64,000 nt of DNA from Octopus sinensis (Eukaryota), in the NCBI RefSeq assembly GCF_006345805.1, contig NC_042997.1:148552001-148616000 (forward strand), in the 5' to 3' direction. This document shows, in pieces, positions 42,080 through 52,959 of this stretch. How positions within the stretch are numbered: position 1 is the stretch's first letter; each line of letters begins with the position of its first letter. Made by a program: the position numbers and the translations under genes. The notes below the pieces were generated by a model. It did not search any database. It was given only the letters and a program-made list of their open reading frames with translations, and had not been told where the DNA came from.

Positions 42080-44480
42080 TGGTAACGCAACAGATGTGTG
42101 TGTATGTGTGAGTGTGTGCGTGTGCATGTGTGTATGTGTGTGTGTGAGGCGAGATAAAAAAACAAAAAATATATGTATGTGTTAGTGTGTGCGTCTGTGT
42201 GTAGGCGTGTGAGGTAGGGCGAGATAGTGGTCAGCATAGCAGACAAAGGTCAGTAGCAAGAAAAAGAAGGAAGGAGGAAGGGAGGGAGGGGAAGGGGTGG
42301 GGGCGTATGTAGCGTGCCAGCGTGTGTTGAATAGTAGTGTGTGTGTGTGTCCAGTGTCGTGGTAGTATTAATGGCGAGTAGATTGAATGTGTGTAAGAGT
42401 AATGTATATATTTAAGCAATGTGTGTATATGTGGGCGCGTGTGTGTAACGAAAAAGGGGGGGGTTAAGGAAAAAGGACTCCAGCTGAGGGGAAGATGGAA
42501 GAGTGGTCCCGCGGAGACGGGCGTGGGAAAACCCAACGACAAGCGACGGTCCCAGGAACGGGCGGGAGGTCTCGTCGGGTCCAAGAGCGAGGTGCATGCG
42601 GCGCGTATGCGTGCGCGAACCGGCGCAAGCGCGTGTGTGCGCGCGCCTGCGAGTATGCGCGTAAGTATGTATGTGTGTGGATGTGTGAGTGTGTCTGTGT
42701 GTATGTCTGGGTGGCAGTGTGTCCGATGAATGTATGTGAGTATGTGTGTATATATGTGTGTGCATAGATGCATGTCCGTGTGTGTGTGTGTGTGTATGTG
42801 TATGAGTGTGTATGTATGTACGTGTGGGTGTGGGGAAGTGTGTGTATGTGCATGTGTGTGCGCGTACATACAGGTGTGTGAGTGAGTGTGTGTGTGTGTA
42901 TGTATGTGTGAGTGTGTATGTATGTGTGTGTAGGATGCATGTATGTGTATGGGTGTATGTATGCGTGTGTGTATGTATGTATGTGTACGTGCGTGTGTGT
43001 GTGTGTATGCGTGTAGGTGTGCGCGTGTGCATGCATGCATGTGCGTATGTGTGTGTGTGCATGTGTGTGGGTATATATGTATGTGCGTATATGTGTGTGT
43101 ATGTGCGTACATGTGTGTGTGTGTATGCATGTGTGTGTATGTAGGTGTGTAGGCGTGTGTGTATAGGTGTATGTATGGGTGTGTCCGTGTATGTGTCTGT
43201 ATGTATGTGTGTGTATGTAGGTGTGTGGGCGTGTGTATATGTGTGTGTATGTAGGTGTGTGGGCGTGTGTATATAGGTGTATGTATGTATGTCTGGGTGT
43301 GTCCGTGCATGTTTGTGTGTGTGTGTGTATGCATGCGTATAGGAGTATGTAGGTATGTGTGTGTGTATGTATATGGGTGTATGTATGTGTGTGTGTGTGC
43401 ATGTGTATAAGTATATGTGTGTGTGCGTATGTGTGTGTATGTGTATGTGTGTGTGTTTATGTATGTGTGTATGTATGTGTGTAGGCGTGTGTGTGTAGAT
43501 GTATGTATGTATGGGTGTGTGTCTGTGTGTGTTTGTGTGTGTGTGTAGGTAGATGTGTGTGTCTGAGTGAGGGTATGGCTGTGTAGGTGTGTGTGTGTAT
43601 GAATGTAAGTGTGTGTGTATACAAGTGTAATGTATGTATGTAGGTGTGTGTGTGTGTGTATGTGTACGTGTGCGTGTGTATGTGTGTGTTTGTATGCGTG
43701 TGAGTGTGAGTGTATGGGTGTATGTCTGTGTGTGTGTATGTCTGAAGTAGGTATGTGTGTGTATGTATGTATGTGTGTGTGTGTGCGGGTATGTGTGTGT
43801 GTGTGTATGTGTGTGTGTGAGTAGGTGTGTGTGTATGTATGTGGGTAGGGATGCATGCGAGTGTGTGGGTATGTATGCATACATACGCACGCGCACATCC
43901 GAAGCAAGCCCACACACACGAAGCGCGCTCACGCACACAACGCACAAGCAGTACAACGCAAGACCAAGGGGCCGACCAAGCCCCCAGCGCGCGCCAAGGC
44001 GCGCGAGCGCAAAGGCCCTCGAACGCCCCGCTACGCGGGAACCGAGGATCCGTCAGCCAAAACCGGAAAGCAGAAAAGAGGGGGGCTGCCTGGATGCAAA
44101 AAGGTGTATGTGTGTGTGCATTCAGTGTAAGGGTGTGCATGTGTGGGTATGTATGTATGTATGTCCCTACATGTATGTGTGCATGTGTGTGTGTGTGAAG
44201 TATGTACGTGCGGTGTGTGTGTGTGAGTGTGTGTGTATGTATGTGCGTATGTATGTGTGTGTGTATGTGTGTATGTATGTCTGTGTGTGTGTGTGTGTGT
44301 AAGTATGTATGTGTGTGTGTATGTATGTATGTGTGTGTGTATGTGCATGTTGGTTTGTATGTTAGTGTGTGCATGTATGTCTGTAAGTGTGTGTGATTAA
44401 ATGTCTGAATGTATGTACGTAGATGGGTCTACGTATGTGTGTGTGTGAACAGGCGTGTGGGAGGTAGGTGGGTGGGTGTG
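42080..44480. repeat. Long degenerate (TG/TATG)n tract with two GC-rich islands
   Basis: Direct reading; islands at about 42430-42660 and 43880-44110. Confidence 0.95.
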
Positions 44481-44515
44481 TGTGGGTGGTGTGTCCGGGG
44501 GAAAAAAAACGGATC

Positions 44516-46182
44516 TCAAGAGGAGGGGGCTGTGTTAAGTCCGTGTGGGGTGGTAGTTTGTAGGGTGAAGATGTAGCGTTGGAGCCTGGAAAGTGGGCGA
44601 CCATTGTGGGGGGCGAGACCAAACACTGAGATGTCATCTAGGGAATGGCCGGCCGAGCGGAAGTGGCGTGCGACGGGAGAAAAAGAGTGTAGGCGAACGT
44701 CCCTCAAGTGTTCAGTGAAACGGTCGGACAACCGGCGTCCCGTCTGTCCTACATACAGCATCCCGCATAGGTTGCATTTAATGCAGTAAATAAGGCCAGA
44801 CGAGGTGCACGTAAAAGAGTGCCTAATGCGTACAGTATGCAGGTTGGTGCCGGTGACAGCGGTGGTGTTGGTGATGAAGGGTCAAGTGAAGGGGCAAGTG
44901 TTGCAGCGGGATCTAGAGCAAGGGAATGATCCGTGTGGGGCTGAGGGGGAAGGAGAGAGGGTGCTGTGGACCAGGAGGTCACGCAGAATGCGGGCTCGTT
45001 TGAAAGAGGGCAGGGGTGGGTTAGGGAAAATGGGGCGGGTGGTGGGATCAAGCTGGAGGCGACGGAAGGCACGTAGTATCTTGCGACGAAGGGATAGGGT
45101 AGAGGGGTGGAAAAGGAGGGGGAAGGGGTGCGGTTGGGGGGTGGGCGGGGGGAAGGAGACAGGGCGGTAGTGCGGTCGATGCAACGGGCGCGGGTGAGGG
45201 CATCAGAGAGGAGTATGGGTGGGTAACCTCGGAGTCTGAACATGCGGGCCAGGTATTGAGATTGGGTCTCGAAATCCTGGTCGCGGCTGCACAAACGTCG
45301 GAGGCGGAGGAACTGGGAGTAGGGGATGGCTCGTTTGGTGTGGAAGGGGTGGGAGGAAGAGAAGTTGAGATAGAGGTGGGAATCCGTAGGTTTAAAGAAG
45401 GCGGTGGTGGTGAGAGAGTTGGAGGGGTGATCGATGCGGAGAGAGATGTCAAGGAAGTTGACAGAGGTGTTGGAGATGGTGGAGGTGAATTGAAGAGAGG
45501 GGTGAAAGTTGGAAAGGAAAGAGATGAATTGGCAGAGAAGTTCACGAGAAAGGGAGGTGGCACCTACGCAGTCGTCGATATAGCGACCGTATAGTTCGGG
45601 GGTCGGCCCAGAGAACTGGGAGAACACTTGGGCCTCAATGTAGCCAAGAAAGAGATTGGCGAAATTGGGGCCCATCCTAGTTCCCATCGCGACCCCGGAC
45701 ATCTGTTGGTACGTTTCCCCGGCGAACGTGAAGCAATTGAGGGTGAGGACGAGCTCAGCCAAACGGAGAAGGGTGGGGGTGCTGGGGGTGGGGTCGGGAC
45801 GACGGTCGAGGAAGTGTTGGAGGGCTAGGAGACTGTCATTGTGGGGAATCACTGTGTACAGGGATTTTACATCTAAAGTGAAGAGGAGGTGTGAGGGGCT
45901 GAAAGGGAAGGAAAAGGAATTGAAGAGACGGAGGGCGTGGTTGGTCTCGTGTATGTGGGATGGGAGGGCTGCGACTAAGGGGGACAGGATGCGGTCGAGG
46001 TATAGGGAGATGAGTTCAGTGGGGCAATTACAGGCAGAGACTATGGGACGGCCAGGATTAGAGGGTTTATGGATCTTGGGAAGGAAGTAGATGGTGGAGG
46101 TGCGGGGTGTGCGGACGATGAGGTTGGTGGCGGTGAGGGGGAGAGCGGAGGAGGAGATGAGGTCGTGGATGGTGGAGGACAC
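44516..46182 (-). pseudogene. PLE reverse transcriptase-GIY-YIG polyprotein, 5'-truncated and frameshifted
   Basis: YFLPKIHK...GRPIVS; LFTLDVKSLYTVIPH; QMSGVAMGTRMGPNFANLF; YGRYIDD; FLDI; then after a frameshift near 45140 PCSRSRCNTC, and YCIKCNLCGMLYVGQTGRRLSDRFTEH. Confidence 0.95.
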
Positions 46183-47027
46183 TCGCTGTTGGTAGGAGGA
46201 GGTGGGATCGGAGGGGAGGAGGCGATAGAAGAGGGGATTTAGATCTAAATCTATACAGTGAAAAAAGGATACTTATATCAATGTTGCTTATGACTGTTTG
46301 GAAATTTCCTGAGTATATATACTCAATGCTCATACACTACCATACACAAAATAACATAGCACGGCTATTTCAATAAACAAAAGACTTACTATCACAATTA
46401 TTACTTCAAACATTCACATCAAGAAGTCAGGTAGAACATCTTTCAGAAGATATAAAACGAAAATCATTAAGTCAATTTTTCTTCACAAGAGATACTACTT
46501 TAAAATGAGAAAAGGGTCATAAAGAGTTCTGCTATGAACAATATTATGTATCTATCCTCCAGAGTCATTAAATATTCTCTATGAACTTAACATCATCTCA
46601 TTAACCGCATAAAAAAGCTGTTTTCAATAGTCTTCAGCAAGTAGTCGTAAGAGAACCTACATATTACTTAGTATTCAGTGTATTATTTTTCATTTGAAAG
46701 GCTACATATCATAAGGTTAGTCTTGTTAATCTATTCTAATGTATTAGATTCCCCTATGGCCTATAAATGTGTCGTTACATATTTACTATTCGTGATTTTA
46801 TCATCAGGAAACGAATGTATATTAACGATAATTCCAAATGTTTGATGTAACTGTAATATCAATAGCCACGTTGTAAACACCAATTTAATGGTTCCCCGAT
46901 GCATACCAATGAAAACCAGCATCTCTCCACAGAAATCCACAAACATACACGCAGAAATATATATCAATTTTACATACATATATCTATATTCTCATGGTTA
47001 TATACATACATATATATATATACATAC

Positions 47028-47075
<48 letters not shown>

Positions 47076-47619
47076 GTATATATACATACATATATAAATA
47101 CATACATATATACATACATACACACATACACATGTATATATGCATGTATCTATATACATATATGTATACACAACATACAGACTCACACACGCACAAACAC
47201 GTATACACATACATGAAGGCATGCATGTAGTTGGTGTATATATTTTGTGTATATGGGTGGGGGTGTATGTGTGTGTGTGTGTGTGTGTGTGTTAGCGTGT
47301 TTTGTGTAGATAGAGAGAAAAACAGAGGGAGAAAGAATGAATAAAGAAGAGAAGGTAAGAAAGTGTGCGTAAAATAGCAAGGGAGAAAATGAAAGTGAAA
47401 AGGAACAGACGTGCTACTACAGAAGGTATTTGAATCATGAATAAATGAAGGCTAGTGGTAAATATGTGGCAAAGGGTTCTGTATTTCGTTTGGGCGTACA
47501 GATAAGCATTGTTGTATTTTGGGGGAATAACCTAAGGGCGTTGTTTATTATGATTATATATACTTACGTATATACATTTATATAATCCCAAACTTATCTT
47601 ACAATACCATTTGCCATAT

Positions 47620-48035
47620 CCGTATTGCACAAACACCTCCTCTCATATATATTGCTTTCAAATTTTAGAAAGAAGGTCAGTAATTTCGAGGAGAGACGAA
47701 GTCTATTATATCGACTCCGGTGCTCAACTGATATCTAAGTTTCTCGACCCTGAAAGGATGGGAGGCCAGGTTGAATTTGAATTCAGAACGTAAAGAGGTA
47801 CGATATGCCACTAAGCATTTTGCACGGTGTCTCAACCAAATGGTTTAAATTTTAGCACAAAATCTGCAGTTTCGTGGGAGGGGGCAAGATGATTGATTGC
47901 ATCGATCCCATTGCTCAACTGGTATTTATTTTATGGACATTGAAATGATAGAAGGCAAAGTCTATTACAGCAGAATTTGAACTCAGAACATAAAAACGTA
48001 CGAAATACCGATAAGCGTTTTGCCGGACACGCTAA
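47620..48035 (-). mobile_element. SINE family B, degenerate tandem copies
   Basis: GAATTTGAACTCAGAAC (about 47975-47990) and GAATTTGAATTCAGAACG (about 47772-47790) are reverse complements of CGTTCTGAGTTCAAATTC. Confidence 0.7.
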
Positions 48036-48449
48036 CGAAATATATTGTCACATTTATTGTCACATATATTGTCACAAACCCATCTCTAATATACGGGCAA
48101 TGAAAATGCATTTTCGAATGTACATTGGTTGTCGGAAATGGAGGCGTTATTAAATATTTGAAAGTATTCGAAATTTCAAACTTCGATGACTGTTCTGGTG
48201 CTAAAGAATCATAATAAAGCTTAAAATTTAGAGATGTATAAAACCTATGCAACTGATTTGCTTTCCTTTCTCAGAAAATTTATTTTATATGAATATCTAT
48301 TTTCTATGACATGTAGACAGAGCATCATACGTAATTTATGCTCTCTCCTACATCAAAACAACCTCTCTTTTATCAAATTGATTTATAGGAGACAATGTTT
48401 TATGCGACAAATACATAAATATATGCATGTGTGATGTGTGTTTGTATAC

Positions 48450-48850
48450 ATATCTTATTTGGTTTAGTCATCAGACTGCGGCCACGCTGGAGCATTGCCT
48501 TGAAAACTTTTGAGTCAAATACATTGACCCCAATACTTAATTTTGTAAAGCCTGGTACTTATTCTAACGGTCTCTTCCGTCGAGCCCCTCAGTCACGGGT
48601 ACATAAGCACACCACCAAGAGTTGTCAAGTGGTGGCGCGGGATTAGGGTGAACAGAGACACCAAGATATATGCATGTACACATATATGCAAACGACATGT
48701 TTCTTTCAGTTTCCGTCTACCAAATCTACACACGATAACGTGGTCATCTCGGGGTTATATAAGACACTCTCCCGAGGCATCACGCAGTGGGACTGAACCT
48801 GTAACCATGTGGTTGGGAAGCAAACTTCTTACACACACAACCACTCTTGC
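48450..48850 (-). mobile_element. SINE family A copy
   Basis: GACTGCGGCCACGCTGGAGCA; TTTCAGTTTCCGTCTACCAAATC; CGCAGTGGGACTGAACC. Confidence 0.85.
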
Positions 48851-49019
48851 GTATGTATTTGTAAGTGTATGTACATGGTGCGATGGGTAAATCGTCACCA
48901 TTTTATATTTCTAATTTCGTGCATGCGCATTAGTTGTTTTTGATTTTTCTTGACAACACAGTGTGGTAGATTAAGTTGGGCACCGTCTGTGAGAAAAAAA
49001 AGGCCCATGACGCAAATCA

Positions 49020-49255
49020 CTCTGCCAGGAATTTTGAAACGACATACTGTCCTGCTGGGCAATCACTCCGGAAGCTCCAATACGAATATACAAGAGGGAT
49101 AAAAATTAAAAATTCAGTCAACATCAATATGTTTGGAGTGTTCACTCGTGATAGTGAGGTTATACCACTGTTCATCTTCCCATACGGCATCAGACTCAAC
49201 ACGGAGTGCCTGGAGGAGACTGTGCTCCCCTGGATGAAGAGGGTGGCTGTAATTT
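49020..49255 (+). pseudogene. Tc1/mariner-superfamily (probably maT/DD37D-like) transposase fragment
   Basis: KNSVNINMFGVFTRDSEVIPLFIFPYGIRLNTECLEETVLPWMKRVA in ORF 48976-49428. Confidence 0.65.
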
Positions 49256-49306
49256 TGGTAAATATATATGTTAAGTTGCGAAATGAGAGTAATTTTCATT
49301 TTTGCC

Positions 49307-49339
<33 letters not shown>

Positions 49340-49378
49340 ATGTATGTATATATGTGTGTATATATACATACATACATG

Positions 49379-49410
<32 letters not shown>

Positions 49411-49412
<2 letters not shown>

Positions 49413-50271
49413 TGGTCTGATCCAATAAGTATCCGGACTGTTGCCATAGTAGCAAAGCAAAAGCACATAGAGTGAAGCCGCTCGGCGCAAATTGACGTTG
49501 AACTCTGCTCTCCATGCGCACTAGGTTTTAATACACTAGCTCACTTCCGCTGCTTATAGCATTGTTTGGAATGAAGGTGTGTAGCGTGCGATAGTCACAT
49601 TGACCATGATAGAGAAAGTTGACCAGAAAATCTACATCAAATTTTGTCAAAAGCTTGGCAATATTTGCTCAGAGGCATACGCAAAATTTTCAAATAATGT
49701 TTTCGTTCTTGACACTATCAAGACGTTGTGCAACAGAAACCTGAGTGTCACTTTGGTCAAATGAAAGCCGTTTTAGCACAAACGTGGAAGACCTGTGTTT
49801 CATAACCAAATCTTCAATGATATGGACTGAACTGAACCGTAACTGATCTCCACATCCTCTGATATCTCACGGATTGTGATTCAACGATTCCCCTCACAGC
49901 TATACGTACATATGCGATGCTTTACTCAGTTCCGCTGGTAGCGTGTGTCCTAGAACGTTCGTCAATATCGACGTTTTTCGGCCATCTTGGAAATGTCTGA
50001 ACCACACATACACTTGTGTGCGGATCAAACACTCCCCTCCATATACTTTCTGCAATATTGCGTAGGCTTCATAGCATATGGCCAATGTGATGAACACGTT
50101 TTAGACGTTCATTCTAAGCACTACTGTAAACAGTGGATGTGAGCTACGGCGTTAAAATTTTGTGCGCATACACAGCAGAGTTCACGGTCAATCTTTGCCA
50201 ATCGGCATCACTCTGTGTGCTTTAGCTTCGTTACAATGGTAAGAGTCCGGAAACTTATTGATCAGACCATA
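49411..50271. mobile_element. Mariner derivative built from two inverted left ends
   Basis: TA-flanked TIRs CGTGGTCTGATCCAATAAGTATCCGGACT and AGTCCGGAAACTTATTGATCAGACCA. Plus strand has MIEKVDQKIYIKFCQKLG (about 49607). Minus strand has CYEAYAILQKVYGGECL...WFRHFQDG (ORF 49900-50097) and ITIREISEDVEISYG. Confidence 0.8.
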
Positions 50272-50600
50272 TAGGCATGGCTGTGTAGCAAGAGATTTTC
50301 CTGTGTATAAGTATTGAGCGTACATAACCATAATCCATAACTATAAGACAGGACGGACCAAAGCCTTGCGAGCGGATATTCTACGCTTACTCACATATTT
50401 ATACATAGATATACATACATACATACATACATAAATACATACATACATAAACCTACATACATACATAAACACATACATACATAAATACACACGTATATAT
50501 AGATAAACTTGTGTTTTTGTGCATCTGCATCTATTTGTGTAATTCTGTTCTGTTAGTTCCTTCCATCGCTTGACAACTGGTGTTGGTTTGTTTATGTCGC
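50272..50600 (+). mobile_element. SINE family A, partial and degenerate
   Basis: AGGCATGGCTGTGTAG; GACCAAAGCCTTGCGAGCGGAT; CATCGCTTGACAACTGGTGTTGG. Confidence 0.6.
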
Positions 50601-50892
50601 ATGCAAAAAGAGAGACAGAAAATAGCTTAAAAAGCAAAGCCAAAAGACCGCAAAAAAATAAGTAAAATAATACATGGATATGTGGAACCCATTAAGTATT
50701 AAAAAATTACAATGCTCACCGGGAAAGTACGATATTACAGTTATCGATCTTACTGTAATAGTTTCTGCCCTGCTCTGGTGAAGCAGACATATAACTAAAG
50801 TCATTCTTATTCGAGCATATCGTTTTTGTGCATATACATGTGTGTGAGTGTGTGTGTTTGCGTGTACACATATATGATATGTATGTATGTCT

Positions 50893-51000
50893 AGAGAGAG
50901 AGAGAGAGAGTAAGAGAGAGAGAGTAAGAGAGAGAGAGTAAGAGAGAGAGAGTAAGAGAGAGAGAGTAAGAGAGAGAGAGAGAGAGAGTAAGAGAGCGAG
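50893..51000 (+). repeat. (GA)n array punctuated by GTAA (about 12-bp unit)
   Basis: Direct reading. Confidence 0.9.
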
Positions 51001-52959
51001 AGGTAAATAAACATGATATATTTGCACGTATATACATATATAGAAAGACGATACGCTTAGATATAATGCACATTTATAGCTACATATATATGGAGAGCAT
51101 ACATAATAGTAAGGTAGGGTTGTTAATATTTCATCTTGACAGTTGTTTCTGGAAGTTCGAAATTAAGTGATAATCATAATGTTGATAATCAGCAAATGAA
51201 ATGTGCAAAAAGATAAGTGGTATTGAACCACTAATTAGCCACATAGGTATATCGTTATAACCTCGGTTTCGTTTGTCAAGGGAAGGGTGGCTAAAGTCAC
51301 CATCATCGGGAGAAAATAACTTCTCCCGAAACTTTCTTGATAAAGGATGCCGAACTCTTATGTGTGAGTGTGTGTGTGTTTGTGTGTGCATAAGTAAACA
51401 TGTATGTATATATATATAGATGTTAAGGTTGTGAAATGAAATCGTTCCGATGTGTAGTATTGGATTTTTGTCCTCAGTTGCCTCGCTCGAACGACTACGT
51501 AAATTCATACCTTATTGGCTCAATCTTGAAAAGTGTAGATGGCATAAAGTCACCGGATGTCAATAACCGTTTGGGGAGTGTTGTTATAGATGTTTGTGGA
51601 ATTGTTATTAAGTGGGGCTTTTCCGAGCAATGCGCCTGCTAGTTTCATGTAGAGTGAGTTGCTTTGAAGCATTGCTAAAATAAAAATAAATATTATATCT
51701 CCATGGTGTCTTGTTATTCAGATTCTTTGTAAGAAGTATTTCGATTGTACCCATGATACCAATAAGTGTTAAGACAATTAATCTCTATGACGTCTCTAAA
51801 TGAAAAATCGTAGGAGTAATTATATTTGTCTAGTGTAAAGCATGGATGCGGTGAGTCGAACTGAAATATATTCCCGAAACCATGCATGCAGAAACAATTA
51901 AGTCCCACGAAAAAAAATCACTTTTAAAAATGATATGTTCAGTTTTATATATTTACTTATTTATTTATTTCACGAATGTTTAGCGAATGGCGTATTTGTG
52001 TGCCTAACACAGTCACATACTTATGTTGAAATGTGTTGTAGATTCAATAACTTTTCATGTGTCTAACTACAAACACAGACATAACAGAGAAAGGAAGACT
52101 GAAAAGACGGAAGAGATACAAAAAGACAATAAAAAATAGTAAGAGAGTAAAACAAAGTGACGAGTTACTGTAACTCACAAGTATATGGTGTTGGCAATTT
52201 GCGGTCCTCGTATTTGTTTGAATATTTTTTTCTCATCACTGTCTCCTACATAACTTCAGAACTGTCATACATATTATAGACACAGTAGGTCTTCTGTCAA
52301 TGTGCTGACTTCTTACGAGATGTATGGCACGCGCTCTTCAGAGAAATATCTATTGCCTAAGTGTCTGTGTGGGCGGGGGAGGGACGGGAAAGTACGTTGG
52401 TTATCTTTTGTGATTAAGCAAAATTTTGAAGGAGAACGACGGATATATATTTCATATATTTAAATTTTTTTGTAGGAGCAAAGCTTTCTTCTAAAGTATT
52501 TTCAAATTCATTGTGCCTTGAGATATATGCTGTCCTTTTGCTACAAATAAGTCCATATTGCACACACTTATGAGCAAAATATTACAACTGTAACCATCAT
52601 ATCTTCCGTTGTTAACATTTTCTGTCAGTTGATGGCAATTTCGATGCGATTGAACAAGCAGTTTGAGGGACAAACACAAGCACAAACACACACACACACA
52701 CACAGAAAAGTGGGATGCAAAATGTAGGTATACAGTTATGAAAAAAGAAAACACGTACAATACTCATTTATCTTTATAAAAAAAGGAAACGTTACGATAA
52801 AAGTATTATTATAGTTTTGATAAATGTATTATTATGATTAATGACACTGAAAATACCAAATATGCGGCTAAATTTAAATTTCTTTTGATAAAAATAAATG
52901 TGTATTGTACGTGTTTTCTTTTGTCATAACTGTATACCCACTTTTGCACCTCCCTGTTC

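Larger units (their letters stand above)
41792..46235 (-). mobile_element. Penelope-like element: RT + C-terminal GIY-YIG, 2.4-kb CA-rich spacer, terminal hammerhead region
   Basis: RT ORF 44749-46182, endonuclease ORF 44516-44761, hammerhead 41886-41920. The tail shares ATTTCCTGAGCGCC and TTCCCGTT with the short elements at 17977 and 34612, then runs into (AT)n. Confidence 0.8.

Noticed and set aside
42231-43956. Long ORFs of 562, 514 and 312 aa rich in His/Thr
   Set aside because: Translations of the (CA)n-type tract, which lacks stop codons; no domain content.
44604-46090. Plus-strand ORFs of 60-144 aa over the PLE
   Set aside because: Antisense shadows of a GC-rich RT coding strand with no recognisable motifs.
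51306-51329. Hairpin TCGGGAGAA-AATAAC-TTCTCCCGA followed by AAC
   Set aside because: No CUGANGA-like segment precedes the stem on either strand; just an inverted repeat.
51436-51642. Possible host exon (polypyrimidine-CAG followed by an open frame)
   Set aside because: No recognisable protein similarity, no supporting neighbouring exons, and the frame ends in a stop without a clear donor.
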